DNA of 64,000 nt from an uncultured Candidatus Saccharibacteria bacterium. GTDB taxonomy: Bacteria; Patescibacteriota; Dojkabacteria; SC72. Below the pieces are notes generated by a model, which made no database searches, was not told the DNA's origin, and saw only the letters and a list, made by a program, of their open reading frames with translations. Location: positions 78,651 to 142,650 of the forward strand of contig CAZLLO010000001.1 of the NCBI GenBank assembly GCA_964560525.1. The letters run 5' to 3'. This document shows, piece by piece, positions 1 to 11,078 of this stretch. The position numbers were made by a program, and so were the translations under genes. Each line of letters begins with the position of its first letter. Position 1 is the first letter of the stretch.

Positions 1-801
1 TGAGATTACAATTTTCTTTTTATCTTTATTCAACCATGCGGCCCACCAACTGAATGTGCTATTAGCAATTATTGAATGCTTGCATATACTCATCAAGAAA
101 ACATCTAAAATTGGATCGTTTACATTTCCTTCCACATACTTGATTGGGACATCGGATTTTAGATTCTTCTTTGCCCATTCAATATCGTCAGAGAATACAA
201 ATATCTTGATATCTCCAACTTTATTTTTAAGATACTGTATTGCTCGGTTGTAATAATCAAGAGTTATGATTCCTTGTTGTGCAGCTACTTCTGGATTAGA
301 AACGTAGTCCGCTCTTCTAATATGGAGAAAAACTGAATTGCAATTGTTTATTTCTTCTTGCAATTCTTTATCTGCTTCTTTCGCATATTTACTCAAATCA
401 AAGGATGTCGCTATGTCTTCTGTGTACTTCGAGAAATACTTTTGAGAAAACCAATGACCATCAAGAACAATGTCTTTTGTATTTAATGCCTTTTTAACTA
501 ATTTTTCATCATAGATAGGATCTTGATTGTCTATCTTTTCTATTTTCTCAAATCTTCTTCCAAAATATTTCAATATACTAATCAACCTACTCATTTTGAA
601 AGGAAGTAATATTCCTTTGATTTTGAAATACCCAAGTTTGTACATTCTGCTAGCTTTGTTTTTTCCAAAAGCATCAGCATAGCTTTCTAAGCTTTTATCA
701 TCTATGAAGAGTAATTGTTTCTTCTCTATTGCTAGAGCTCTTGCAAAGGCATATTGGAACATTTGATTCCCCAATGCTCCCCTTAATTTGAGTATTATCA
801 T
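1..801 (-). CDS. alpha-1,2-fucosyltransferase (GT11), 3' end runs off window; absent from the ORF track
   Basis: Manual translation from ATG at 801: MIILKLRGALGNQMFQYA...; later HIRRADY, FSDDIEW and NSTFSWWAAW, the GT11 motifs. Confidence 0.9.
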   Translation of the reverse strand, partial: MIILKLRGALGNQMFQYAFARALAIEKKQLLFIDDKSLESYADAFGKNKASRMYKLGYFKIKGILLPFKMSRLISILKYFGRRFEKIEKIDNQDPIYDEKLVKKALNTKDIVLDGHWFSQKYFSKYTEDIATSFDLSKYAKEADKELQEEINNCNSVFLHIRRADYVSNPEVAAQQGIITLDYYNRAIQYLKNKVGDIKIFVFSDDIEWAKKNLKSDVPIKYVEGNVNDPILDVFLMSICKHSIIANSTFSWWAAWLNKDKKKIVIS

Positions 802-819
802 CTTGGGTTATATTTAATA

Positions 820-2055
820 CTATTTATCATTTTCATATTCCCACGAGGAATCTATATGGATAATTCCATCTGCATAATTAATTCCTCCAAGTCTTTGGCT
901 TTTGTTAACAATTTCAAACTTTAGGCCTGGTTCTACATAGTCATATAGCTCTTTTCCATCTATACTTCCCAACCAGAAATTCAAATTATATACTCCTGAA
1001 AAAAGGTTTAAATCCTTAATACTTAATTTGAAATTGCAATCTTTACTAACAAAGGTTTTGCTAAAAACTTTAGAGATCAAGATGCCATCATCCCTAGAAA
1101 GTATAACGGAAATGAATGCAGTATCATCATGCTTACGATTTACGATTTTCCCCTTAACAACAATTTCCTCTTCTTCGTGAAATGAGCTTACCGCATTATC
1201 TTTATTATCAAAAAGTTTCAAAGTCTCAAATATCCATTTTTTATTCCCAGGTCTATTCTCTGCTTCATCAATAGTACCCTCAAGCATAGATTTTCCTAAT
1301 GACATATACTCTCGTATAACGTCTCTCGTGTCTCCAATCATTTTAACTTCACCATGATCTAAGAGAATTGTACGATTACATAACTTCTGAATAGCTCCCA
1401 TATCATGACTTACAAAAAGAATAGTCCTACCACTTTTCTGAGTAACTTCACCCATTTTACCTAAGCATTTCTTTTGGAATTCTGCATCACCAACCGCTAA
1501 TACTTCATCAATAACTAAAATGTCTGGTTCTAAATGTGCGGCTACAGAGAATGCTAACCGAACCTGCATCCCAGAGGAATATCGCTTAACAGGCATATCC
1601 AAAAACTTCTCTACACCAGAAAATTCTACAATTTCATCAAACTTCGCCTCAATCTCCTTCTTTCTCATACCCAAAATAGCACCATTGAGATAGATATTTT
1701 CTCTTCCTGTTAATTCTGGATGAAATCCAGTACCTACTTCTAGTAAGGAAGAAATTCTTCCATTAAGACGAACTTCTCCTTCTGTAGGTTCTGTAATTCT
1801 AGAAAGTATTTTTAAAAGAGTACTCTTTCCCGCACCATTCCTACCTATGATACCGATAACCTCACCTTCTTCTACATTAAAGGAAACATTTCTTAATGCC
1901 CAGAATTCACCCTTCTTTCTAAACTTCTTTCCTCTAAGTAAGTTCATCGGAACCTTTGCGGCTTTCACAATCAAATCTCTAAGTGCAAGGTATTTTTCTC
2001 TTTCTCCAAGAGAATACTTCTTACCTAAATTTTTTACTTCTACTGCGTATTTCAT
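820..2055 (-). CDS. wzt: Polysaccharide ABC exporter ATP-binding subunit with Wzt C-terminal domain
   Basis: GRNGAGKST Walker A, YSSGMQVRLAF signature, GFHPELTGREN. Confidence 0.93.
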   Translation of the reverse strand: MKYAVEVKNLGKKYSLGEREKYLALRDLIVKAAKVPMNLLRGKKFRKKGEFWALRNVSFNVEEGEVIGIIGRNGAGKSTLLKILSRITEPTEGEVRLNGRISSLLEVGTGFHPELTGRENIYLNGAILGMRKKEIEAKFDEIVEFSGVEKFLDMPVKRYSSGMQVRLAFSVAAHLEPDILVIDEVLAVGDAEFQKKCLGKMGEVTQKSGRTILFVSHDMGAIQKLCNRTILLDHGEVKMIGDTRDVIREYMSLGKSMLEGTIDEAENRPGNKKWIFETLKLFDNKDNAVSSFHEEEEIVVKGKIVNRKHDDTAFISVILSRDDGILISKVFSKTFVSKDCNFKLSIKDLNLFSGVYNLNFWLGSIDGKELYDYVEPGLKFEIVNKSQRLGGINYADGIIHIDSSWEYENDK

Positions 2056-2057
2056 AT

Positions 2058-2876
2058 CTATATTATATCTGCAAAATATTTTTCTACTTTCTTAAAATAC
2101 AGGTATCCTGTGATGAAAATAACTAACGTAATACCAATTGAGATGCCAAGGGTACTCCAATTTACTGCAACATTACCTAATATGGCAGCACGATGTGCCT
2201 CCACTAAACCACTCAGAGGATTTAATGATAGTAACCACTGGTATTTTCCAGCCAATGATACAGGATAGATAACTGGTGTTATATACATCAATGTTTGAGT
2301 TATGAATGGGAGTGCGTACTGTACATCTCTGTATTTTACATTTAATGCAGAGAACCAGAGTCCTATACCCACACTTAGTAACCACGTTACAAGAAGTATC
2401 ACAGGTATTAACAGCATCGAAAGAGTAAGTGGAAAATGGTAGTAAATCATCAAACCAAATACTACTAAGAATGAAATACCATAATCTATTAAGCCAACAA
2501 TTGTTGAAGAGGCAGGAATAATCACTCTTGGGAAGTAAACCTTGGTTATGAGTTTAGAATTTCCAATCATACTGTTGCTAGCTTGTGCTACTGCCGCAGA
2601 AAAATACGACCAGAGTACTAATCCAGAGTATGAAAATATTGGGTATGGAACTCCATCAGATGGAATATTCGCAATTTTTCCAAAAAGGAAAGTAAATACG
2701 ACCATTGTTAACAAAGGACGGATTATAGCCCAAAGAACACCTATTACTGTTTGTTTATACCTTACCTGAAATTCTCTAAAAGAAAGTACTCCAAAAAGTT
2801 CTCTGTAATTCCATAACTCTTTAAAGTCAAAATTCGCAAGTCCTTTTTTTGGTTTAATAACCGTTATTTCTTTCAT
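2058..2876 (-). CDS. wzm: Polysaccharide ABC exporter permease
   Basis: RYKQTVIGVLW, KVYFPR, YRDVQY, TPVIYP; six TM segments; adjacent to wzt. Confidence 0.93.
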   Translation of the reverse strand: MKEITVIKPKKGLANFDFKELWNYRELFGVLSFREFQVRYKQTVIGVLWAIIRPLLTMVVFTFLFGKIANIPSDGVPYPIFSYSGLVLWSYFSAAVAQASNSMIGNSKLITKVYFPRVIIPASSTIVGLIDYGISFLVVFGLMIYYHFPLTLSMLLIPVILLVTWLLSVGIGLWFSALNVKYRDVQYALPFITQTLMYITPVIYPVSLAGKYQWLLSLNPLSGLVEAHRAAILGNVAVNWSTLGISIGITLVIFITGYLYFKKVEKYFADII

Positions 2877-2907
2877 AATCTGAGAATCATTTTAACACAC
2901 TTTAAGA

Positions 2908-4746
2908 CTATAGTTCTACTACATCAAAGATGTACAAAACCTTCCCTTTCATACTTACTAGCTCTTTTAGCTGAAGCCATTTACACGCTTTTAAATCTCT
3001 TAACCATTCCTGATCTTCAAGTGGATATCCTTTTAAAGTAGAAGCCAGGAAGAAAACTTTCTTGATATTGTAACTTTCTAAAGAGGTTTTAAAACTTTTA
3101 AGATTGTACAAATCAAAACCATACCCATATTGAGTTCCAAATGTTTTTAAATCACGAATATCTTTAACTCCTTCTCCAAGTTTCCATTTCCATTCTACTG
3201 GCATATATGTTTCTCCATTTAAAGTAGTAAGTACATTTAAATTATCATAGCTATTAATCCAATATGGCTCATTCTTTGGCAAGAAATTGGCAACTGTTTC
3301 TACTTCTCGGTTCTTACCCCAATTTATAGCCTCACCTATCTGTCCTTGAGTATATGAAAACAAAACTGCCACACCAAACGCAGCTCCAGAAATTAAAGTC
3401 AAAAATATATATTTAAAATATTTTAATCTTGGTTTAAAAAATCTAACACATAGGATAGAGAAAAGAACTGTTTCTAAAATTACTTTTTCAAGAATATATG
3501 ATGATTCAAAGAAGAGGCCTGCAATTGTAAATATGCCTGTGCCTATTAATATCGCTAATCTTTGTTTTTGAGTAAATTTAGAGAAGAAGAATACATATAT
3601 AGCCATGATGGCGATAGCAGGAACAATAGGAAGAAGATATCGACCATGAGAAGCTCTAAGGATATAGAAGAGAATCCATACAACACATAGCAGGCTTGAG
3701 AACAGAAAGACTTTTTCTTCTTTTACTTTCTTTCTTAAATAGTTAATCAAAACTATTACACTGGCATAAAGGACTGGGAACATCACGACTTTAGAAACAG
3801 AAAGAAATGAGAATGTACGAGGATAGAGAATTTTTCCAAGATAGGAGATAAGGATGTTTAGAATGGAATTAAAAGATATCTGCCCATTTGTAGCAGAGAC
3901 TGTTTCGGAGGTTACTGCCTGTATTGTTTTCCCTCCATCTACAAGATTAAGTGTCGTTAAACCAGTTTCAAAGTGCTTTATAGTGTATTGAAGGCTATTT
4001 TGTATTAATCCAACCGTAGAAGCTAGGTACATATTTACTGGGATGATATTTGTTAGAAACATTAGTACTACCCATATCACAGATGGTAAGAAAACAATAA
4101 AGCAATGCTTGATTATATTCCACAACCTCCTCCAGAATACTTTTTCTTTAGATGTAATGAACAACCAAAGAATATACACTATTACGAATACTAAAAAGAC
4201 ATATTCTTTAGTATCTAAAAGCAAAACAAAAATGATAGACATATACCATTTGTTCCAATTTTTAAGAACCGCCCACATAAAAAGAACAATTATTAAAAGC
4301 GATGGAATTTCTCTGAGATATGTCGGCATACTTATTACGAAATGGAAATTTGTCATTAGAAATGCTGTTGCAAAGAAGGCAAACCAACCATTCTTTAAGA
4401 ATGTTTTAACCAATTTGTAAAAAAAGAAACCTACTCCAATGCCAAGGATTATGTTATATATTGTTACAACACCCACTGAAGGGCCTGTTATGAGAAATAT
4501 TAAGGCAGGAGGAAGCTTAAACAAAAAACCATGTAAACCTACACCATAGCTGCCAATCCATGTTCCATTACGGATGAGTTCAGCCATCAAAGATGTTTCT
4601 TTGTAGTACAAAGCCTCATCCTTAATCATATCTCTAAAATTAGAAAGCAAAATCATTGCTACAAAGTAAAAACCCAAGAATATATAGAATATAATATCTG
4701 GATTCTGTTTGAGCTTATTAATTATGTTGGTCAAGCTAATCTTCAT
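2908..4746 (-). CDS. GT-C fold (ArnT/PMT-like) membrane glycosyltransferase
   Basis: Polytopic; DE motif after TM1 (KDEALY); RYLLP motif; soluble C-terminal domain. Confidence 0.7.
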   Translation of the reverse strand: MKISLTNIINKLKQNPDIIFYIFLGFYFVAMILLSNFRDMIKDEALYYKETSLMAELIRNGTWIGSYGVGLHGFLFKLPPALIFLITGPSVGVVTIYNIILGIGVGFFFYKLVKTFLKNGWFAFFATAFLMTNFHFVISMPTYLREIPSLLIIVLFMWAVLKNWNKWYMSIIFVLLLDTKEYVFLVFVIVYILWLFITSKEKVFWRRLWNIIKHCFIVFLPSVIWVVLMFLTNIIPVNMYLASTVGLIQNSLQYTIKHFETGLTTLNLVDGGKTIQAVTSETVSATNGQISFNSILNILISYLGKILYPRTFSFLSVSKVVMFPVLYASVIVLINYLRKKVKEEKVFLFSSLLCVVWILFYILRASHGRYLLPIVPAIAIMAIYVFFFSKFTQKQRLAILIGTGIFTIAGLFFESSYILEKVILETVLFSILCVRFFKPRLKYFKYIFLTLISGAAFGVAVLFSYTQGQIGEAINWGKNREVETVANFLPKNEPYWINSYDNLNVLTTLNGETYMPVEWKWKLGEGVKDIRDLKTFGTQYGYGFDLYNLKSFKTSLESYNIKKVFFLASTLKGYPLEDQEWLRDLKACKWLQLKELVSMKGKVLYIFDVVEL

Positions 4747-6536
4747 TATCTAATAACTTTGAAAATATATATTACCTTGTTCTTTAAATTTACAGTTTCT
4801 ATTAGTGAAAGCCAATCCGCTTTAAGATATGATTCCAATCGATTTTGACGTGCGAAAGGATAATCCTCAACAGTAGAAACTGCAAGTACAACCTTCGTAA
4901 TACCTTTATTCATAACGCTCGTCTTATCTGCATCAATTGTTTTCCCAGAGGTAACATATGATGTCAATTTATCAAGCATCTTAAGTGTTTCCTTTCTGGG
5001 GACCCACGCACTGAGTTTCCATTTCCATTCAGGGTCATATCGGTTATCTCCCCTGTATACCTTTACTAGAATATCCCAACCTGCGTCATTCATTAAGATT
5101 TTTTCATCCTTACTAAACAGAGAAACTACCCTTTTTACTTCATAATCATTTCCAAAAAGTAAATACTGATGTATTTGACCGTTGGAGTAGAAGAAAAAAG
5201 CAATAACGGAAAATGTTATAGCGCTAAGGGTTAGGAGAACAGCAATGTATAGCTTTTTGAATTTTTCGTGGAAGAAGAAGTAGAAGATATATATTAAAAA
5301 TACAACAGCGTTCAGAGCTATTTTTATCCACAAATAGTCTACCTCAAAGAATAATCCGCAGATGGTTAATACTAATGTAATTAGGAAAATAGGTATGAAT
5401 TTTTTCTTTTCTTTTACAACATCCTTTAGGAATATTATGAAGAAGAAAAACACTACTGGAAGTATTGGGAATAGATATCTATCAAAAGAAGCTCGGACTA
5501 TGAATATTGTAATAAATGACCACAGAATAAGAGCAAGTGAGATAAATAAAGGGTCTTTCTTCTTGATAGCATTTTTAAACATCATAATACTGGTTAAAAG
5601 TGCAGGGAAAAATATAATCTTTGGAACGGAAAGAAATGAGAAACTTCTAGGATATATTAGCTTACCAAAATATTCCGTTGCAGTATTCAAGATTCTTCCT
5701 ACAAACGTATGTTTATCAAATAGCTGTGGTATTTCATTGGCATCCAAATCTATACGATTTACTGTCGCGGTTTCTACCTGAAAATGTTTTACATTGTATG
5801 CCAAACCTCCATCAGTAACACCTGGTATTACAGAAAGCGCATATGAATTTATCGGGATTATCGATGTCGTTAGCATCAATGTTATGAAGATTACGGTTGG
5901 GAGAAGAATTTGTAAGTATGATTTTACATATGCCCAAAGTGTCTTCAGGTTAAATCCTTTCCATTCATGGAACAATACATACAACAGATATGCAGGAAGT
6001 ATCATGTACATTACATATTCTTTAGCATCAAACATTAACATTAGGCTTAACCCTATCATCCAGTATGGCTTCTTGTAAGCTATCAAATTTAAGAAAATGA
6101 TAACCATTAAAAATACAGGAACTTCTCGCATGTATGTAGGTAAATTGAGGATGAACTGGAAGTTTGCAAAAAGCAAAATAGTACTTAGTAAAGAATATGT
6201 TTGGTTAAAATATTTTTTTAGAAATGTATAGAAGAAATACAAAGAGACACAGGCTAACAAAATGTTCCATATCGTAGCTACAGTTAATGATGGTCCTGTT
6301 AAAAGAAATGCTAAAGCAACTGGAAGCTTAAATAGAAAACCATGAGTACCTACTGCATAATTTCCAATCCATTCTCCTCGTTTTAATGCTTCGGTCATTA
6401 TAGATGTCTCCCAAAGGTAAAGATCATCATCTAGAGTTGCATTCTTGAAAAACAAGAAAAAGATCCCTAAGAGTAAACATAAGGAGATTAGTATATATAT
6501 TCCATATTTTTCTAGAAATTCTTTAATAGGTTTCAT
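4746..6536 (-). CDS. GT-C fold membrane glycosyltransferase, paralog of the downstream gene
   Basis: DDDLY, HGFLFKLP, PTYMRE and RYLFP shared with 2908-4746; ATG at 6536 gives an ATGA overlap with the upstream stop. Confidence 0.7.
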   Translation of the reverse strand: MKPIKEFLEKYGIYILISLCLLLGIFFLFFKNATLDDDLYLWETSIMTEALKRGEWIGNYAVGTHGFLFKLPVALAFLLTGPSLTVATIWNILLACVSLYFFYTFLKKYFNQTYSLLSTILLFANFQFILNLPTYMREVPVFLMVIIFLNLIAYKKPYWMIGLSLMLMFDAKEYVMYMILPAYLLYVLFHEWKGFNLKTLWAYVKSYLQILLPTVIFITLMLTTSIIPINSYALSVIPGVTDGGLAYNVKHFQVETATVNRIDLDANEIPQLFDKHTFVGRILNTATEYFGKLIYPRSFSFLSVPKIIFFPALLTSIMMFKNAIKKKDPLFISLALILWSFITIFIVRASFDRYLFPILPVVFFFFIIFLKDVVKEKKKFIPIFLITLVLTICGLFFEVDYLWIKIALNAVVFLIYIFYFFFHEKFKKLYIAVLLTLSAITFSVIAFFFYSNGQIHQYLLFGNDYEVKRVVSLFSKDEKILMNDAGWDILVKVYRGDNRYDPEWKWKLSAWVPRKETLKMLDKLTSYVTSGKTIDADKTSVMNKGITKVVLAVSTVEDYPFARQNRLESYLKADWLSLIETVNLKNKVIYIFKVIR

Positions 6537-7717
6537 TTCAAGACTTCTGTATATGTATTTAGTATCTCTTTGGATATGTTTTCCCAAGAGAATTGTTGTG
6601 AATATTGTAATATCTTTTGGCTATTCCACTTTGTATTTAAAGATTTTAATATATTCTTTGCCAGAAATACAGAATTACCTGGATTTGTAAGTGAACCATA
6701 AACATAAGAAGATATTATTTCTGGAATACCACCTACGTTGGTTCCTATGAAAGGTTTACCACATGCTAGGGATTCAAACATAACAGTCGGATTCCCTTCG
6801 TTAAGGCTTGAAGAAGCAAATATATCACAAGCTCCAAAGTAATCCATCAATTTATCATGTGGTTTCTTTCCAAGTAATTTGTAATTATCTTCAAGCTTAA
6901 GATTCTTGATTTGTTGTTTTAACACAAACTCTAAAGGACCTCCCCCTATATGTAAACATAGGATATTGGGATATTTTTCTTTTACTATTTTAATCGCGTC
7001 TATTAGATATTCATAGCCTTTCACTTCCTCTAGGTTCCCTATTGTAAGGATTATTTTGCTATCCAATGGCAAATTTAATTTTTTCCTGCTTTCTGCATGA
7101 GGTTTGAAATAGAAGAGTTCTTTTGAATAACCATTTGGGATTACATTAATATTATTGATTCCAAGCTTCTTTAGATAACTACTATTTTTCCCACTTACTG
7201 TGATTACTCTATCAGCACTTACATATACTTTCTTTAACGCATTGTTAAATCGTTTGTTTCTAAACGGAAGATCGTAAACATCATAACCATGAGCAGTAAT
7301 TATTAAGGGCTTTTTATACACGTCTTTTACTTTCATACCAACATAACCTGCACTCCAACCAAAATGTGCATGAATTAGATCGAAAGAGATATTCCTCTGT
7401 TTTAATATCCTCAAAACAGCATTTGCATGTTGTCTTCCTACCCAATAGTAAGCCCATTTAAATGGTAAGTACCAAAGAGATACGGGTATGACTTCAATAT
7501 TATTAGGTCTGTTTGATAAATCTATAGAATATTTCTTTGCATACTTCATTCTTGATCTGAGAAATGGTATTGGAAGATATCTTGAGAACTCGGCAACTGG
7601 TTGATATCTCACCAATACATACACCTTACGAAATTGCTTTGAAATGATTTCTACCTGATCTTTGATAAAGCTGTTATATGTATGACTAAGTACAAGCAGG
7701 TCTTTATCCTCAAACAT
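6533..7717 (-). CDS. Glycosyltransferase family 4
   Basis: HAHF, TAHGYD, EGNPTVMFESLACG (EX7E). Confidence 0.9.
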   Translation of the reverse strand: MFEDKDLLVLSHTYNSFIKDQVEIISKQFRKVYVLVRYQPVAEFSRYLPIPFLRSRMKYAKKYSIDLSNRPNNIEVIPVSLWYLPFKWAYYWVGRQHANAVLRILKQRNISFDLIHAHFGWSAGYVGMKVKDVYKKPLIITAHGYDVYDLPFRNKRFNNALKKVYVSADRVITVSGKNSSYLKKLGINNINVIPNGYSKELFYFKPHAESRKKLNLPLDSKIILTIGNLEEVKGYEYLIDAIKIVKEKYPNILCLHIGGGPLEFVLKQQIKNLKLEDNYKLLGKKPHDKLMDYFGACDIFASSSLNEGNPTVMFESLACGKPFIGTNVGGIPEIISSYVYGSLTNPGNSVFLAKNILKSLNTKWNSQKILQYSQQFSWENISKEILNTYTEVLK

Positions 7718-7719
7718 TA

Positions 7720-8760
7720 TTACTTAACTTCCTTTTCAAGATAATCTACCCACCATTTATTAATATCTTCTTTATCTGACAAGAGCTTTTGTAATTTTTT
7801 CTTTCCCTCTTCTTTCAAATTCTTGTTTGCCATTAATTCATCAATCTTCTTTTTTGTCTTCTCTACCATATGCTCTCTATCAGTTATTGAGTACATTAAT
7901 TTGTAGACCTTTTCCATCTCTTCACTTGCTCCAGAAGTTAACTCACTTGTGAAGATTGCATGTATACCCATAACAGCACACTCCGCACCCATTGTTAAAC
8001 CATCTCCAACAAAAAGTTGAGCATATGACATGATACTGTGCAATTTGGTATGGGGGACCTTAATGATGTATTTATCAAATTCAATTGGAAGTATCTCTTC
8101 AGAAGATACTAATACTCTTCCATATTTTTCCAGATGCTTTATAAGTTGCATCTTTTGATCATTTGTAAAACCTTTGTGTCCTAAATCATGGCTAGCATTC
8201 CAAGCTACGAACCTTACAAATGTAAATCTATCTCCTTCTTTCATTCCTACTAATTCCAAATCCTTTGGATTAGGTTTGAAATAGTGAGGATGAAGATAGA
8301 AAAGCTCTTTGAAAGTCTCAACTCTCATCTGTTTCTTACCTAAATCAGTTCTGTAAAACATAGGAGTCAGTATTTTGTATGAAAATAGCTTTGAGAAGAA
8401 AAGAGATTCAACTGATCTTTCTGTATCGCAGTACGCAATATTCTTCTTTCCTATTAGAAATGCCGTCATAGCCATCATTGGAGAAGGTCTACCAATGAGA
8501 ACATCGGCCTTAAACTTCACCGCTTCTATACAATGTCTAAATGTAGAGGTTACCAATATGAACGCTTTATCTATCTTGTTCTTTCCTGTTGTATTTCCAA
8601 TTATTGTATATGGAATTTTGTATTCATCTAGTATCTCCCAGTTCCTATCTTTCTTAATTACCAATACCTTTACCTTATGTCCCCTTTGTTCCAGTAGCTT
8701 AATAATATTGTGGAATTGATGAGCCCATGCGGGATGAGAAATGGATATAAGGACATTCAT
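7720..8760 (-). CDS. DUF354-family GT-B fold protein
   Basis: SHPAWAHQF, KELFYLHP, RFVAWNASHD, GDGLTMGAECA resemble DUF354. Confidence 0.75.
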   Translation of the reverse strand: MNVLISISHPAWAHQFHNIIKLLEQRGHKVKVLVIKKDRNWEILDEYKIPYTIIGNTTGKNKIDKAFILVTSTFRHCIEAVKFKADVLIGRPSPMMAMTAFLIGKKNIAYCDTERSVESLFFSKLFSYKILTPMFYRTDLGKKQMRVETFKELFYLHPHYFKPNPKDLELVGMKEGDRFTFVRFVAWNASHDLGHKGFTNDQKMQLIKHLEKYGRVLVSSEEILPIEFDKYIIKVPHTKLHSIMSYAQLFVGDGLTMGAECAVMGIHAIFTSELTSGASEEMEKVYKLMYSITDREHMVEKTKKKIDELMANKNLKEEGKKKLQKLLSDKEDINKWWVDYLEKEVK

Positions 8761-8765
8761 TTTTA

Positions 8766-9725
8766 TTATTTTTTGAATTTAGAGTAGTGTTCTTTCTTGG
8801 TATAGTAAAGAATCTTTTCTTGGTTATTCAGCATCCTTCCCAACATATCGGAAAGTACTGCGACTATTAGTATAATTAGAGAGAGAGAGATCAAATATAT
8901 TCCTGTAAACCCTACAAATTTGTATGGTGAGAAATCTCCTGTTGTGACCCAATGTATGAGCAAGAAAAGAACACATATTAAACCGATAACAAATGGGATT
9001 GCAGAAAGCAAGCCAAAGAACTTCATTGGAGCGAAATCTCTAAATGCTCTTAAGATGTTGAAAGTTGAAACTGTAATAAAATTCAAAAGACTTTTTACAA
9101 CACGAGATTTTCTTCCATTGTAATATTTGATTGAAATTGGAACTTGAGCAATATCCAAATTCTTCGAGGCCATTAACTGAAATGATTCTTGTGTATACGT
9201 ATACTTACTATTGATATTCATATGTAGCATTGCTTCTCTGTCATATGCTCTGAAACCACAAGTCACATCTTGGTATTTATTTTCTGTTAGCTTACTTACT
9301 ACATATGCCCCAAGTTTATTACCATAGAACTTACCGTTTGACATATTTTCTGGTTTGCCACTCTTTGAGAATCTATTTCCAGCGACAAAATTAGCCTTCT
9401 CATCCAATATCGGTTGTACTAACAAGGGAATTTCTTCTGGAAGAAACTGTAGATCTCCATCAATATTAACTGCAATATCCGCGCCTAATTCCAAAGCTTT
9501 GTTAATTGCCAATTGAAAAGAATATGCTAGCTTCTTTTGTTTTAGGTTTGAAAGTACAAGGGCTTTATTATCTTTTGCTACTTTGACAGTATTGTCCGTG
9601 CTTCCATCATCTATAACTACCTTAACTATCTCGTCTATACCTGTAATTTTACTTGGAATTCTACTTAGCAATTCACCAATTGTGTTCTCTTCGTTTAGGC
9701 AGATTGAAAAAACAACTAATTTCAT
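8766..9725 (-). CDS. GT2 polyprenol-phosphate glycosyltransferase (DPM1/GtrB-like) with two C-terminal TM helices
   Basis: NEE, DDGSTD, DGDLQ, DVTCGFRAY. Confidence 0.88.
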   Translation of the reverse strand: MKLVVFSICLNEENTIGELLSRIPSKITGIDEIVKVVIDDGSTDNTVKVAKDNKALVLSNLKQKKLAYSFQLAINKALELGADIAVNIDGDLQFLPEEIPLLVQPILDEKANFVAGNRFSKSGKPENMSNGKFYGNKLGAYVVSKLTENKYQDVTCGFRAYDREAMLHMNINSKYTYTQESFQLMASKNLDIAQVPISIKYYNGRKSRVVKSLLNFITVSTFNILRAFRDFAPMKFFGLLSAIPFVIGLICVLFLLIHWVTTGDFSPYKFVGFTGIYLISLSLIILIVAVLSDMLGRMLNNQEKILYYTKKEHYSKFKK

Positions 9726-9741
9726 TTTTTTAATATTTAAA

Positions 9742-11016
9742 TTATCTTCCGATACCTCTGTATATTATACCTGATTCTTCAATTACTTTTTTGTCTAGCT
9801 TATTCATACCATCCACCACAACTTTAACATTGGGGTATTTCTTTAATAATGTTCCTAATTCTTTAAAAGGCTTATGTGCAGTACATAGTACAACTGCAAC
9901 AGAATCTTTAAGTGCATCATCTAATGATTTTACATTGCTCATGGTGTCTACATATGGATCATATATCCTTAAATCAGCACCCATGGAAAGAAGAATATCT
10001 TTGACAATAAGGCATGGACTTTCTCTAAGGTCCCCAATATTTTCCTTGTAGCTTAATCCTAAAAGTGCAATCTTTGTTCCCTTGATTGATTTCTCTATCT
10101 CATTCAAAGCTACTTGTAATCTCTCTACAGTATATTGTGGCATGCTATTGTTTACCTCTCGTGCCATTTTTAAGAATTTGTGATCAAATCCACTTTTTGC
10201 CGCTCTATTTATAAGGTAATATGGATCCACCGCAATGCAATGTCCCCCAACACCTCTTCCAGGCCAATGTGGCATAAATGCAAAAGGTTTGTTTGAAGAT
10301 GCCTTAATAGTTTCGATTAAATCTATACCCATTGCATCAAACGATTTCGCTAACTCATTAACATACGCAATGTTAATATCTCTAAAAGTATTTTCAATTA
10401 TCTTAGTCGCCTCAGCAATCTTTAGTGAAGGTACTGGATTTATCTCTCCTTTGAGGAATGATCTGTAAAAATCAGCTATGTTCTTTGCTTCACTTACGGG
10501 GTCTGCCCCGATATTTCTTGGGATATTGTATACATTCCATTTAGGATCACCTGGATTTATCCTTTCTGGACAATGTGCTAATACAAAATTTCCTTTTTTC
10601 AACTTCGCATTATTCTCTAGTAGTACAGGATACACGACTTCTTCGCAAGTACCTGGATTAACTGTAGATTCCAAGATTACAACGGCACCTTTTTTCAAGT
10701 ATTTCGCTGCTAGTTTTGATGCTTCAATAACTGGGATATAGTCTGGTGTATGATCATCAAGTACAGGTGTAGGAACACAGATTATGAAATAGTCTGAATC
10801 CTTGAGAATATCTTGATCTGTTGAGACATTTATATCTACTGTTTTTAAATCTTCTGCGCATGTTTCATCATCTATAGGACAAACTCTCTTACTAATTTTA
10901 TCAACTTTGGGCTGACTTAAATCATAGCCACAAACATTGTATTTCTTACTCTTTGATATAGCACAAAGAAGTGGTAAACCAACATATCCTAGACCTATTA
11001 TCGAGACTTTTTTCAT
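9742..11016 (-). CDS. Nucleotide-sugar (UDP-GlcNAc/ManNAc) 6-dehydrogenase
   Basis: GLGYVGLP, ESTVNPG, PERINPG, GGHCIAVDP, DLRESP. Confidence 0.92.
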   Translation of the reverse strand: MKKVSIIGLGYVGLPLLCAISKSKKYNVCGYDLSQPKVDKISKRVCPIDDETCAEDLKTVDINVSTDQDILKDSDYFIICVPTPVLDDHTPDYIPVIEASKLAAKYLKKGAVVILESTVNPGTCEEVVYPVLLENNAKLKKGNFVLAHCPERINPGDPKWNVYNIPRNIGADPVSEAKNIADFYRSFLKGEINPVPSLKIAEATKIIENTFRDINIAYVNELAKSFDAMGIDLIETIKASSNKPFAFMPHWPGRGVGGHCIAVDPYYLINRAAKSGFDHKFLKMAREVNNSMPQYTVERLQVALNEIEKSIKGTKIALLGLSYKENIGDLRESPCLIVKDILLSMGADLRIYDPYVDTMSNVKSLDDALKDSVAVVLCTAHKPFKELGTLLKKYPNVKVVVDGMNKLDKKVIEESGIIYRGIGR

Positions 11017-11078
11017 TGTTTTTCTGAGTTAAAATATAGTGTCACCATTATATACTCTCTTTTTAAGAGTTAGCAAAT

